From: Gammaproteobacteria bacterium
GTDB lineage: Bacteria; Pseudomonadota; Gammaproteobacteria; Ga0077536
DNA: 64,000 bases
NCBI GenBank assembly: GCA_016209015.1
Contig: JACQWY010000028.1
Span: forward strand, 13,356 to 77,355
Direction: 5' to 3'
The translations under genes were made by a program, and so were the position numbers. Shown here piece after piece: positions 9,078 through 18,272 of this stretch. Position 1 is the stretch's first letter. Every line of letters starts with the position of its first letter. A model generated the notes under the pieces. The model ran no database searches, had not been told where the DNA came from, and was given only the letters and a program-made list of their open reading frames with translations.

Positions 9078-9316
9078 ACCCCCCCCTCGCCCAGTTCGCG
9101 CAGGGCACGATCAATGCGTGCGTTGATTTCGGTGCTCGATGTGTAAAAGTCGTGCCCGTCCATTGTGCCGGACAGATATAGCGCCTTCGCAACGCGCCCC
9201 ACAGCAGCGCGGGAGTAGTAGGGCCCTTGGTCATACGTCGCGACGGGCTGTGCATACCATGTTCCGAACGTGGGCAGCGCGGAGTCCACGGGATAAATCA
9301 CATCTGGCATGCTCAT
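9074..9316 (-). CDS. hypothetical early protein (80 aa, start MSMPDVIY), paralog of 8754..9077
   Basis: GGGAGG SD 5 nt upstream of the internal ATG. Confidence 0.4.
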   Translation of the reverse strand: MSMPDVIYPVDSALPTFGTWYAQPVATYDQGPYYSRAAVGRVAKALYLSGTMDGHDFYTSSTEINARIDRALRELGEGGV

Positions 9317-9537
9317 TCCTTCCTCCCTCGCGACTTCCAGCAGTCGCACCTGGGGCCAGGGAACACCGCAGCACAAGGCCCTTTTGAAGCGCACTTTTTA
9401 CCGTGCGGCGCCTCGTCGATTAGTTTTCGGAGGGCGTCGCGCTCGCGCACAACTTGTTCGTAGTCGATGTACAGCACGAATGCGCCGCTCGCGCATTCCC
9501 AATCTTCTACGTCGTATCGCTTCACGGGAGCGCTCAT
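9313..9537 (-). CDS. hypothetical early protein (74 aa), Cys-rich C-terminus
   Basis: ORF track; ATGA coupling. Confidence 0.35.
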   Translation of the reverse strand: MSAPVKRYDVEDWECASGAFVLYIDYEQVVRERDALRKLIDEAPHGKKCASKGPCAAVFPGPRCDCWKSRGRKE

Positions 9538-9731
9538 TCCATTTCTCTCCTGGCTACGTCAAGGATTTCATCGACGGTCATCAGCTTGGCGTCTCCGGAT
9601 ATGCACATGGCTTCATTGCGCCATGTAATCTCCACCGCGCGGCGGGCGAATGCGATTGCGTCGGCTTTTGTTACGACCACTTCGAACGCATGGTCATCAC
9701 AGCCAATGCGCCGTGCTCGAAATACTTTCAT
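9534..9731 (-). CDS. hypothetical early protein (66 aa, start MKVFRARR)
   Basis: GGAGG SD before the internal ATG. Confidence 0.35.
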   Translation of the reverse strand: MKVFRARRIGCDDHAFEVVVTKADAIAFARRAVEITWRNEAMCISGDAKLMTVDEILDVARREME

Positions 9732-10063
9732 TTCCCGGCCTCCTCCAGTGCGGCGCCACGAATCGTCCCGAGTGCAATATGTGCGCATGTGCTGATAGCT
9801 TGATACTCTCCGTTTCGAATAGCCTGCGGGGTTTCTGGGTCCATGCTGCAATCACGTTTAAGCGCCTCTGCCATTCGGGCGCAGGTTAGGAGCGCTGCGC
9901 GCAGGGCATCGCATCTCTGTTCAAGCTCCACAACTCGCGCATGCAGTGCGAGAATGGCGGCTCGCGCATCACTGAATGCGTACATCATCGCAGCTTCACT
10001 TTGTCGAGCCATCGCTGCGGGCACGCAGTCGCGCCACTGTTCGATAGTGCGTTGTAATTTCAT
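9728..10063 (-). CDS. hypothetical early protein (112 aa, start MKLQRTIEQW), coiled-coil
   Basis: SD plus internal ATG; ATGA coupling. Confidence 0.35.
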   Translation of the reverse strand: MKLQRTIEQWRDCVPAAMARQSEAAMMYAFSDARAAILALHARVVELEQRCDALRAALLTCARMAEALKRDCSMDPETPQAIRNGEYQAISTCAHIALGTIRGAALEEAGK

Positions 10064-10329
10064 TTCACGGACTCCTCCAGTGCGGCGCTTAGTGTTTCCC
10101 ACGCGTGTCGCACGTGGATATTGTTATGGCCGATCCATGTCCAACCTGTGCCAGCCCAGTAACGGCACTTCTCTAAGTCATGTTGCGCTTGATCAATCGC
10201 CGCGTGCAGGGCATCGCGTTCCTGTTCAAGCTCTGTGATGCGGGTGTCTTTCTCGCACTCTCGGCACGGCGTTCCCGGATCGCGCAGCTCGCCATGGCCG
10301 AGCGGGCAGATTGTTCTATGCAGGCTCAT
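10060..10329 (-). CDS. hypothetical early protein (89 aa) with CxxC...CxxC
   Basis: ORF track. Confidence 0.35.
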   Translation of the reverse strand: MSLHRTICPLGHGELRDPGTPCRECEKDTRITELEQERDALHAAIDQAQHDLEKCRYWAGTGWTWIGHNNIHVRHAWETLSAALEESVK

Positions 10330-10351
10330 TTCGTTTCGCTCCCCGTTGCGC

Positions 10352-10537
10352 TCACGGCGCGGCTTCCGTCTCGAGGTCGCGGATCTGGAGCAACGTCTCG
10401 TAGCTCTCGTGCTCGAGCTTCAGCCTGAGCAAGATGTTGTCGAGCTCCGGTCCGCCGGTCTCGTGGAGATGCCCGAGCGTGATGCCGAGATAGAATGCGG
10501 TCTCTACGGACTCGCGGGATATGGGGGTGCTGCTCAT
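10352..10537 (-). CDS. hypothetical early protein (62 aa, start MSSTPISRE)
   Basis: AAGGAG SD 7 nt upstream. Confidence 0.35.
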   Translation of the reverse strand: MSSTPISRESVETAFYLGITLGHLHETGGPELDNILLRLKLEHESYETLLQIRDLETEAAP

Positions 10538-10628
10538 CGTGTCACTCCTTCGATGGGGGCAAAGAGCTTCTGATACTCGTCCCAGCGGCGCGCTTTCTCG
10601 CGGATCCGTGCTTACTCGACCTTCGCGC

Positions 10629-11000
10629 TCACGCGGCACCGTCCAGGACCTTGCGCATCAGCGCGTAGGTCTTCGGAGCCTCCCGCCTCCGGCACCAGTC
10701 GTAGCCAACTTCGTCGAGAAATTGCGCTTCTATGCGGTCCCAGTGCTGGATAATCGCCGCCCACTCCTTAGAGAGCTTCGCGATGGTGTAGAAGTGCTGG
10801 CGAGCCTCGGGCACGGCAGCCACAAACTTGAGGCAACGGTTGAAGTCCGCGGGGTCATGCGGGTAATCGATGCGGCGAGCGCCGAGGGGGGTCCCTACGA
10901 TCGCTAATGCCATCGTCAATGCCATCGTCTCGGACGATAGGCCGCGATCGCCGGTGGCGAGCCACGCCATGATCTTCGGTAGCAGTGTGGTGTTGTCCAT
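10629..11000 (-). CDS. hypothetical early protein (124 aa, start MDNTTLLPK)
   Basis: ORF track trimmed to avoid an implausible 75-nt overlap. Confidence 0.35.
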   Translation of the reverse strand: MDNTTLLPKIMAWLATGDRGLSSETMALTMALAIVGTPLGARRIDYPHDPADFNRCLKFVAAVPEARQHFYTIAKLSKEWAAIIQHWDRIEAQFLDEVGYDWCRRREAPKTYALMRKVLDGAA

Positions 11001-11431
11001 CAACCCTCCTGCGCCCACTTCGCTTCGGATCTTGCGATGGCGAGGGCGGCGACGTCCTTTTCCTGGACCGCCCACATCGGATGCTGACTGTCGTTGTTAG
11101 CCCATACCGCGCGCGCGATGTCGGCAGCCGCGCGCGCGATGTCGTTGACCTGTTCTCGCGTGAAGGCGGCTTCCGGAGCGCTGTGGAGCACGCTCACGAC
11201 GTCCGTGTGCATCGGAAATCCCGGATCGACGATTGCATTAGCGATGGCGGCATCGAGCAGGTCGTACGCCTGCCCGTAGAGCCGTCCTGACTCAGAGATA
11301 TGGGCCAGGGCGAGAATCGCGTGACGCGATGCGGCGAGCAGGATGTCATGCTGGGCGCGGAGCCTCATCATCATGTAGATCCACTCGCGTGGCACTTCGA
11401 CTGTGAAGTCTAGAGTCTTGTCGGTTTCCAT
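11000..11431 (-). CDS. hypothetical early protein (143 aa)
   Basis: ORF track. Confidence 0.4.
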   Translation of the reverse strand: METDKTLDFTVEVPREWIYMMMRLRAQHDILLAASRHAILALAHISESGRLYGQAYDLLDAAIANAIVDPGFPMHTDVVSVLHSAPEAAFTREQVNDIARAAADIARAVWANNDSQHPMWAVQEKDVAALAIARSEAKWAQEG

Positions 11432-11486
11432 CGGTCCTCCAAAAAGAGCCCGCCCGGAGTGCAGTATGCAGGGGCGGGCTAAGCCC

Positions 11487-11768
11487 TCAGTGATCGGCGA
11501 GCGCGCCGGCGACGTTCTTCGCGGGCTCGACGAAATCGATCGTGTTCGCGAGCTGGCGCAGCAACATCGCGATGCGCTCGCGCGGACCCCAGAACGTGAT
11601 CGCCGTGCGGTCGTCGTCGTCGGGGCGGTCGTGCAGCGCGGCCGGAGATTTCAGGAAGAGTCGCGCACCGTGATAGGTGATGCCGGTCTCGGCGGTCTTC
11701 GTGATGTGCTGCACGCAGCGATCCATGGAACCCTCCGGCAGTTCTTCGGCGTAGACGTTGATTCTCAT
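11487..11768 (-). CDS. hypothetical early protein (93 aa)
   Basis: ORF track. Confidence 0.4.
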   Translation of the reverse strand: MRINVYAEELPEGSMDRCVQHITKTAETGITYHGARLFLKSPAALHDRPDDDDRTAITFWGPRERIAMLLRQLANTIDFVEPAKNVAGALADH

Positions 11769-11795
11769 CGTGGTTTCCTCGTCGTGTTGTGGTGG

Positions 11796-12002
11796 TCAAA
11801 TCGAGAGCAAGGTCCCGAGGTCGTGCTCCATCGGGACGCAGTGGTAATCGCGCACTAGCTGCATCGCCATGTACTGCCGGCCCGCGGCGTCGCACGTGTC
11901 CGCCGTGGGCCAGTGCAGGCCCGCGACCTGCGGCGTGAAATAGTTCTGTGCGGGCTCGCGCAGCATCAGCACGAGAACCCAGTGCGCCAGGTTCGCGCTC
12001 AC
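11796..12002 (-). CDS. hypothetical early protein (68 aa)
   Basis: ORF track; coupled to the upstream gene. Confidence 0.3.
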   Translation of the reverse strand: MSANLAHWVLVLMLREPAQNYFTPQVAGLHWPTADTCDAAGRQYMAMQLVRDYHCVPMEHDLGTLLSI

Positions 12003-12223
12003 TGCAGGAGCTCCACGTCCTCGTGCTCGAACACGCCTATCTCCGCGCCGCGGCGGTATTCGGGATTGCGGACCATGAAGACGATGTCCGGAGCCGCCGG
12101 GTCGTGGTAAATGCGCGAAATCGTCGCGACGCCGCCCGGGTATTCACCCATCGGCTGCGTGCGGATGCGCAGGCCCACGACGTCTCCATGACGCGCTAGC
12201 AGAAGATCTCTTGCTGTCATCAC
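11999..12223 (-). CDS. hypothetical early protein (74 aa)
   Basis: ORF track. Confidence 0.4.
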   Translation of the reverse strand: MMTARDLLLARHGDVVGLRIRTQPMGEYPGGVATISRIYHDPAAPDIVFMVRNPEYRRGAEIGVFEHEDVELLQ

Positions 12224-12317
12224 TTCATCCTCAAATGGCGGGCCCCGCCCGGTTCCAGGATCACACTCGCCCCTGCGCGTCGAACCATAAAACGCGCTAC
12301 CGGACAGGGCCCATTGA

Positions 12318-13283
12318 TCATTGCGGGAACTCCCGCACTCTCAAATCTTCTGGCCACTCGTCCGGATCTCCGCCTTTGCGGTCCTTGAGGAGTGGGCCGT
12401 GGATATACATGCCGCCGAGTTGCCAGCGCGAGCCGAGTTGCTTGACGAACACCGGCACGTTCGCGGCCTTGCATTGCTCCACGATCGATTGGACCCAATC
12501 GACGTTGCACACACGCGCGCCGGGTCCGCTCTCGCCACCGACGATGACCCAGTCGATTGTCGCGTGCTCATTGAAGAACCGATCCTCGTCTCCCCTCCGC
12601 AAGCAATTAATCAAGCCGGGCGTCGTGATCGTGATGTTGTATTCCGGCGGAAGCTGAACGCACGTGAAATTTATCGGCGCGAGCAGCGGCTCCGCACTAA
12701 CAAAGCGCACGGCGGCGGGCGTCTGCAGCAGCAGCGGAATGCGCTCGTCGGCGGTCTCCTGATCCTCGCAGCTCACGCCGAGCCACAGATTCTTGAGCAC
12801 CGCCGGGCGCTGCCCGTCATCGTCCAAGTACAGCGCCGACTCGGTTTCCGAGCGCGGATTGAACCTGAAGCGCAGCCGAGACAGGAAATCCCGCATGCGC
12901 TCCGGGCGCTTCGTCAGGACTTGAAAGGTGTGCTCGCCTTCGCCGTCGCCGAGTTTCCCAACGTTCGAGCCGCCGTCGTATGACGTGCGGCGAATGATGT
13001 CGAGCACTTCGAGGATGAACGTGTCCGGCACGTCTGCATGGAAGAGGTCTGACATGCTGTTGACGAACACCCGCCGCGGCCGGCGCCAGCGGAGAGGCTG
13101 GTCGAGGCGGTCGGGGTGCGTCCGCACGTCGGTGAACTTGCGTCCAGGGTAGGGGCGCGGGAACACGCGTTCGGCATAGCAGTTCTTGCAGCCGGCGCTG
13201 ACCTTCGAGCAGCCCGTGACGGGGTTCCACGTTTCACCCGGGCGGCCATCATCACCGCGAGTCCACTCTATTTTCGTTGCCAC
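12318..13283 (-). CDS. second Gp37/Gp68-family (PF07505) protein, GTG start
   Basis: VATKIEWTRGDDGRPGETWNPVTGCSKVSAGCKNCYA...WVIVGGESG; the GTG sits 2 nt after the MazG stop, so the 100-aa N-terminal extension in the ORF track is an artefact. Confidence 0.7.
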   Translation of the reverse strand: MATKIEWTRGDDGRPGETWNPVTGCSKVSAGCKNCYAERVFPRPYPGRKFTDVRTHPDRLDQPLRWRRPRRVFVNSMSDLFHADVPDTFILEVLDIIRRTSYDGGSNVGKLGDGEGEHTFQVLTKRPERMRDFLSRLRFRFNPRSETESALYLDDDGQRPAVLKNLWLGVSCEDQETADERIPLLLQTPAAVRFVSAEPLLAPINFTCVQLPPEYNITITTPGLINCLRRGDEDRFFNEHATIDWVIVGGESGPGARVCNVDWVQSIVEQCKAANVPVFVKQLGSRWQLGGMYIHGPLLKDRKGGDPDEWPEDLRVREFPQ

Positions 13284-13285
13284 GA

Positions 13286-13612
13286 TCAGAACGCCTTGCC
13301 GCCGTGCTTGTATGATCGACGCTCGTTGTAGGCGGCCTTCGCAAGAACCGCCTCGCCGACGCGCAGCCCGCGCGCCTTCCCGAAATCCATGATGCGAATG
13401 ATTACGTCCGCCATTTCCGCCTCGACGGCCGAAAACTCCGGGATATGGTCGTCCGGCGGATTCCCGTGGCGCAGCCCTTCGAGGGCCTCCGAGAGCTCCG
13501 AGTGCATGAGGGCGATGATCTCGCCGTCGTTGCGCGGCTTGTCCCACCAACCCTTTTCGATGGCCGTCGCGCGGACCTGCGCCGACATCGTTTCCCAAGC
13601 GTGTACGAACAT
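13286..13612 (-). CDS. MazG-like nucleotide pyrophosphohydrolase
   Basis: ALMHSELSEALEGLRHG...EFSAVEAEMADVIIRIMDFG, the typical phage MazG pattern. Confidence 0.65.
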   Translation of the reverse strand: MFVHAWETMSAQVRATAIEKGWWDKPRNDGEIIALMHSELSEALEGLRHGNPPDDHIPEFSAVEAEMADVIIRIMDFGKARGLRVGEAVLAKAAYNERRSYKHGGKAF

Positions 13613-13613
13613 G

Positions 13614-13739
13614 CTATTTCCCCCTCGTGTCTGACATCGCGCGCTCGTCGTTCACAGCGACGGCAATGTCGTAGGCCGCGTGCGCGGCGCAGTAGAGAAG
13701 CGCCGCCATCGCCGCGGCGATGAGAATCCTCTTCAACAT
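13614..13739 (-). CDS. unlisted 41-aa hydrophobic peptide gene (MLKRILIAAAMAALLYCAAHAAYDIAVAVNDERAMSDTRGK)
   Basis: AGGAGG SD 6 nt upstream of the ATG; exactly fills the gap between the exonuclease and MazG genes. Confidence 0.4.
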   Translation of the reverse strand: MLKRILIAAAMAALLYCAAHAAYDIAVAVNDERAMSDTRGK

Positions 13740-13754
13740 TGGAAGCCTCCTTGG

Positions 13755-14534
13755 CTACGCCGCGTTGAGCACTTTCAGGATGCGGGTCGTGTTGAACGTC
13801 CGGCGCTCGCCGCGCAACAGGCAATGCCCGTGGAACATGATGTCCGGGCTATCGAGCTTCCCGGCCCAGCCGTAGGGGATGATGCTGCGCTCCGTCATGC
13901 CTCCCTTGGCGTCCTCGTAGGTGAACGCGAAGGGCGCGCCGGATTTGATGAGGTCCGGGAAATTCATCGAATCAGAACAGGTCCACGACGTGAATTCGTG
14001 CGTCGGGCACCAGGGTTCCGGAGCCGCCGTGGTGAGCTCGCGGGCGAGCATGAAGTACTGGCGGCACGCGTCCGCATCGTGCATCGCGCGGTGCGGCTTG
14101 CCGGGCGCTGAGATCTGGTAGTGATCGATGAGCGTCTCGAGCTTGTTGTCTCGCGTGGCCTTGATGCGCTTCGCCATCGCGCACGTGTCGATGATGAGAT
14201 TCTCGGGGTAGCGCAGGCCGGCATATCCGAGAGCCCACGACGCGATTTGAATATCGAACGGCGCGTAGTGCGCGATCAGAATGGCCTGGGGGTCGATCCA
14301 GTCGAGGAACGCGTGCGCGACGGCCGTGAAGGTCTCGGCGGTGCGCACCATCTCGTCGGTGATGCCGTGGACCTGCGTGGTGTCCGAGGGGATCGGCATC
14401 TGGGGGTCGATGAGGCATTCGAAACCATTCGTGATGGCCCCGTCCTCGGTGAATTCGAGCATCGCGAGCTCGACGGGGCGCGAACCTGGCTCGGTGCCGG
14501 TGGTCTCGAAATCGAAAGCAACGTACTTCTGCAT
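13755..14534 (-). CDS. DnaQ-like DEDDh 3'-5' exonuclease with a C-terminal extension
   Basis: AFDFETTG (Exo I), HYAPFD (Exo II), HRAMHDA (Exo III). Confidence 0.75.
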   Translation of the reverse strand: MQKYVAFDFETTGTEPGSRPVELAMLEFTEDGAITNGFECLIDPQMPIPSDTTQVHGITDEMVRTAETFTAVAHAFLDWIDPQAILIAHYAPFDIQIASWALGYAGLRYPENLIIDTCAMAKRIKATRDNKLETLIDHYQISAPGKPHRAMHDADACRQYFMLARELTTAAPEPWCPTHEFTSWTCSDSMNFPDLIKSGAPFAFTYEDAKGGMTERSIIPYGWAGKLDSPDIMFHGHCLLRGERRTFNTTRILKVLNAA

Positions 14535-14622
14535 GACTGAACTCCTATGTGAGGGGTCCCCGGGGATGCTCGCTAGCCGGGGTGTGGGGGTAGCATCACG
14601 AGCGGGGGACCCCGGGGACTCT

Positions 14623-15609
14623 TTACCGGCGCGACGAGCGCGCGATTCGGTCGTTCTTGGCCTCGAAGCCCGGAAGCGCGAAGAATTGCTTCTGCGCCTT
14701 CGCGAGCTTGTTGACGGCCTTCATGTTCACGTTGAGGTAGGCGACGAACTCCGGGCGCTCTGCGATCTGCGCGGCAATCGCCTTGATGGTTGCGCCCTCG
14801 TCCATCTCGCCGCTCGGCGTGAGCAGCTTCGGCACGGCAACCCAGTTGGCGGCGAGCCCGAAGTCCGCGGCGGTCGTCACGACCGGAGCCGGCATCGTGG
14901 CGTTGCTCGTGGCGTGGGCCTCGAGTTCGATCTGCGTCGCCTTAAATTCCGCGCTCTCGACCTTCGCGGCTGCGGCTTCGGTGCGCTTTGCAGCTTCGGC
15001 GGCGGCAGCCTGCGCGGCCTGCTCGGCCTTGCGTGCTTCTTTCGCGTTGCCCTCATCGCGCAGGCGCTGGGCCTCGGCTTCCTTCTCGCGGCGCTCGCGC
15101 TCGGCCTCCGCGGCCTTCGCGCGCTCGTCGGCTGCCGCCTGATCAGCGCGCGCTCGCTCGGCCGCGGCCCGCCGCTCTGCCTCCTGGCGGATGCGGCGCT
15201 GCTCGGCTTCGTGCGCCGCCTGCTCCTTCTGGACGCGGTCTTCCTCGTACTCTGTCCACTGCTTGAGCACCCCCTTGTAGTGGGCTTCGGCTTCGAGGTT
15301 CGCATTGATCGCGGGGTCGAAGAGCGCGGCGGCCTGTTCGATGATGGCCTTCGCTGGCTGCACGAACCCAGTCTTGAGCTTCTTCAGCCGGTCGATCGTG
15401 GTCTTCGTGTCGACGAGCGCGTCGTTCGCGAACGAAACGAGCGGCCGGAAGTCTTCCGGGTCTTTCGGATCGAACTGGTAGACGCGAGCGAGCTCGAGCG
15501 CGGTCGTTTCGTTCTTGAGCGTCTTGGCCTGCTCGGCGGGAAGCACGAGCTCAACGCTGAATTTCGGGGTTTCGATGATGTCGTTCTCAATGGATTGCGG
15601 GGCGCCCAT
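14623..15609 (-). CDS. hypothetical recombination-module protein with a long charged coiled-coil (328 aa)
   Basis: central EAERRAAAERARADQAAADERAKAAEAERE...; neighbours are an exonuclease and a candidate annealase. Confidence 0.45.
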   Translation of the reverse strand: MGAPQSIENDIIETPKFSVELVLPAEQAKTLKNETTALELARVYQFDPKDPEDFRPLVSFANDALVDTKTTIDRLKKLKTGFVQPAKAIIEQAAALFDPAINANLEAEAHYKGVLKQWTEYEEDRVQKEQAAHEAEQRRIRQEAERRAAAERARADQAAADERAKAAEAERERREKEAEAQRLRDEGNAKEARKAEQAAQAAAAEAAKRTEAAAAKVESAEFKATQIELEAHATSNATMPAPVVTTAADFGLAANWVAVPKLLTPSGEMDEGATIKAIAAQIAERPEFVAYLNVNMKAVNKLAKAQKQFFALPGFEAKNDRIARSSRR

Positions 15610-16210
15610 AGGCTTTCTCCTTCCAACGGTGGAGGCTCAGTGCAGCGAGCCATGCTTGGAAATCTTCGGGGTCTGGATAGGGCTCCAGCCGGTAGAGCCC
15701 ATCGGCTCTGAGCTGGAGCGCGAAACGGTTCTTCGCGACGACGCGCTCGTCCGGGTGGCAATCCTGGTTGTGCGCGAATGTGTAGGCCGCGGTCTGGAGC
15801 CCGATGGCCGGCCCGGCAAAGAACGACCGCTTGATGTCGATCAGGGCCACGCCCTTCACCTTCTTGAGGCGCGGCGCCTCGCCGGTGATGTCGAGCGTGC
15901 CCGCGTAGCGCAGGCGATGGTGATAGACGAGGCGTTCCGAGTAGTGGACGACGAACCCCGTCTCTTCGATGAAGCGGAGCAGCGCGGCGTAGCGCGGACG
16001 CATCCAGTCAGGCAGCGCGTCGACGTCGAGGTCGCCCGTGAAGTGGAGCTCGGCCATCTTGTGGATCGCCGTGCCTTCCTGCTGGGCGTTCGTGAGCACG
16101 TCCGCCGGGATCTTGTCGTAGCTCGTGAGCGATTCGAGCACGCGCGTTACGTTCACGACGGGCTGTCCGTCCCAGTAGTACTGGTGCGGGCCGGGGTCGA
16201 AGGTCAGCAC
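15587..16210 (-). CDS. YqaJ/lambda-Exo-like PD-(D/E)xK recombination exonuclease (GTG start)
   Basis: YAGTLDITGE...ALIDIKRS motifs; GGAGG SD before GTG; upstream 80 aa of the ORF track are an artefact. Confidence 0.6.
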   Translation of the reverse strand: MLTFDPGPHQYYWDGQPVVNVTRVLESLTSYDKIPADVLTNAQQEGTAIHKMAELHFTGDLDVDALPDWMRPRYAALLRFIEETGFVVHYSERLVYHHRLRYAGTLDITGEAPRLKKVKGVALIDIKRSFFAGPAIGLQTAAYTFAHNQDCHPDERVVAKNRFALQLRADGLYRLEPYPDPEDFQAWLAALSLHRWKEKAYGRPAIH

Positions 16211-16521
16211 GGCGGCGTGGCCTCCTTCCGAATCATCATCAGGATCACAGTGCCGATGCGATCTCGCGCCTCGAAGCCGAGCCGCATGATTTTGTCGTGG
16301 AACCCGAACGCGTGGCCCATCGGCATCACGCGCTCGAGCTGCACCATCAGCGGAATGAACCCTGTTTCGTCCGTGGGCGTGACGAGCGTCGCCGCCAGGA
16401 TGTACGCGTCGGTGAGCGGCGTCTTTTCGTTCCGCCGGCACCAGTCGAGGATCGCCTCAAGTTCCTCCGGGTCGCGGCGGAACTTGAACTTTCTGACCCG
16501 CTCGTACGCGCTCTTACTCAT
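16204..16521 (-). CDS. hypothetical early protein (105 aa)
   Basis: ORF track. Confidence 0.4.
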   Translation of the reverse strand: MSKSAYERVRKFKFRRDPEELEAILDWCRRNEKTPLTDAYILAATLVTPTDETGFIPLMVQLERVMPMGHAFGFHDKIMRLGFEARDRIGTVILMMIRKEATPPC

Positions 16522-17515
16522 TGGCCGCGGCCCGCTCTTTGATCCAGGCCATGACCTCCTGCATCTGCCACTGCTGCAGGCCGTCGAGAGGTCCGAATTT
16601 AGCCTCGAGGTCGCGATCGTTCATGGCCGCGCGCTGCATGGTGGCGCGGATGACGCGGAGGTTCCCGTCGGAAATCGGTGCGGTGTTCCGCTCCGCGGCC
16701 GGCTTATCGTTGCTGTGCGAGGCGCCATTCGCGTGGCCGTTTCCGTTCGACTCCGAACGCGCTCGGGGCTGCTCGACCGTGCGGCCCTGCGTCGCGCGCT
16801 CGCCGCGGTCCTGGTTCTCGCGTGCGGCCTCGTAGGTGTTGCCGGCCATGAACTCGTCCGGCGTCTCGTCGTCCGGCGCGAATATATCGGAAGCGGCAGT
16901 CGCGCTCAGGATCGCGTCGAGGTAGGCCCGCTTCTTCGCGATCTTCAGGCACGTGTTGTAGTAGTCGGCCGGGTTGTCGTGCTCGATTTTCTGGAAGATG
17001 TACCAGCCCTGCTTCTGATCCACGTAGGCTTTGCGCGCCACGAACGTCGGGCCACCGAGCAGCGCGAGGTCGCGCGTGTCCCAATACGCCGACGGGACCT
17101 TTTCTTTTGTGTTCTCCCAGCGGAACCGATACTTGGACTCGAGCGTCGAGCACGAGCCCACGCCTTCGGCGATGAAGCGATCGGTGTGGCGCTGGGTGAG
17201 CAGGCAGCGGACGTCATACTCGCGATGCCCGGCTTTGAAATTCTCGACCTTGATGTCGAAGCGCGGCGCGAAGTTGAAGAGCATGCCGAGCTTCTGAGCG
17301 CCAGCCTGATAGAGCACCGGCTTGTCTCCGCAGCCCGGGATCGTGCCGTAGTGGACGCCGGCCTCTATCTCCTTTCCGTTTTCGTACTTGGGCCCGCGAA
17401 GCACGTTCTTCATCATGCTTACCACGAGCCGTATGGCTTGCAGAACTTCCGACACCGTCATCGTCATCGAGAACGTCGGCGCGGACAACGTCGTCAATTC
17501 GTTTTCTTCACTCAT
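16514..17515 (-). CDS. candidate single-strand annealing protein (RecT-like) partner of the YqaJ-like exonuclease
   Basis: position next to the PD-(D/E)xK exonuclease; ~230-aa conserved core then an acidic, low-complexity tail; family assignment uncertain. Confidence 0.45.
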   Translation of the reverse strand: MSEENELTTLSAPTFSMTMTVSEVLQAIRLVVSMMKNVLRGPKYENGKEIEAGVHYGTIPGCGDKPVLYQAGAQKLGMLFNFAPRFDIKVENFKAGHREYDVRCLLTQRHTDRFIAEGVGSCSTLESKYRFRWENTKEKVPSAYWDTRDLALLGGPTFVARKAYVDQKQGWYIFQKIEHDNPADYYNTCLKIAKKRAYLDAILSATAASDIFAPDDETPDEFMAGNTYEAARENQDRGERATQGRTVEQPRARSESNGNGHANGASHSNDKPAAERNTAPISDGNLRVIRATMQRAAMNDRDLEAKFGPLDGLQQWQMQEVMAWIKERAAANE

Positions 17516-17560
17516 GGGTTAAACGCCCCGTTGCCGGGGCGTTCCTCGTCGTTGATGAAC

Positions 17561-17788
17561 TCAGGCGCGGCTCTTGGTGGCCGCGTCTTCGATGTCGACT
17601 CCGTCCTTGACTGCCGCCGCGACTTCACGCGGGTTGATCGTCTCGACCGCCCAGCCGTGCCGCGCGAGATGCTGGTAGACCTGCGCGGGATTCTGGGCAT
17701 CGACGATCCGGAGCTTCTGGTCCGGGTCGGGCTCGCCGTCCTTCATGGGCACGGCCTTGTACAAGCGCTTTTCTGCGGACTCACTCAT
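17561..17788 (-). CDS. hypothetical early protein (75 aa)
   Basis: ORF track. Confidence 0.35.
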   Translation of the reverse strand: MSESAEKRLYKAVPMKDGEPDPDQKLRIVDAQNPAQVYQHLARHGWAVETINPREVAAAVKDGVDIEDAATKSRA

Positions 17789-17985
17789 CGGTGGTGGTTT
17801 TCCTCCAGGTAGAAAGTGAACGACTTGGGTTTGGCGTCCGGCACAGGCCGAAGCACGCTGGGAAGCACGACTCCGACGCCGAGCACGATGGCGATCGCCA
17901 CGATGCTCCAGCCTCGGCCGTCGAGCGGTTCACGGCGCAGCCACGCGCGTTTGGCGGGTTGCGCGAAATCGGTGTTGAACGTCAC
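17785..17985 (-). CDS. hypothetical small TM protein (66 aa)
   Basis: hydrophobic stretch WSIVAIAIVLGVGVVLPSVL. Confidence 0.35.
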   Translation of the reverse strand: MTFNTDFAQPAKRAWLRREPLDGRGWSIVAIAIVLGVGVVLPSVLRPVPDAKPKSFTFYLEENHHR

Positions 17986-18260
17986 GGTGTATCCACCGTG
18001 GATACGAGCACGGCGTCCTCACCGCGCTCCGTCGCCATGAAGTACTGCCAGCCATCACCCGAGGTCCCCGACGACTGCGCCATCAAGCCGAGCTCCACGA
18101 GCTCGTTGAGCGCCGACATCGCATCGGCGTCCGTCGGATCCGCGCAATACCAGTTGCGGAGCGGGCACTGTCCGGTGTCTAGGCCGAGCGTGTGTCGCAG
18201 GATGCGGCGCTGCTCGGACGTGATCTCGATCGCTTCAGTCGTTTCCATCGAGGCCCCCAC
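17982..18260 (-). CDS. first gene of the leftward early operon (92 aa), unknown
   Basis: ORF track; lies just downstream of the OL operators. Confidence 0.4.
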   Translation of the reverse strand: MGASMETTEAIEITSEQRRILRHTLGLDTGQCPLRNWYCADPTDADAMSALNELVELGLMAQSSGTSGDGWQYFMATERGEDAVLVSTVDTP

Positions 18261-18272
18261 GGCTGTTGATGG

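Noticed and set aside
15515-17812. 765-aa plus-strand ORF, the longest in the early region
   Set aside because: It is antisense to three well-supported minus-strand genes (exonuclease, 105-aa protein, annealase). Its translation is Arg/Gly/Ala/Val-rich with no domain pattern, the usual long antisense open frame of a high-GC genome.
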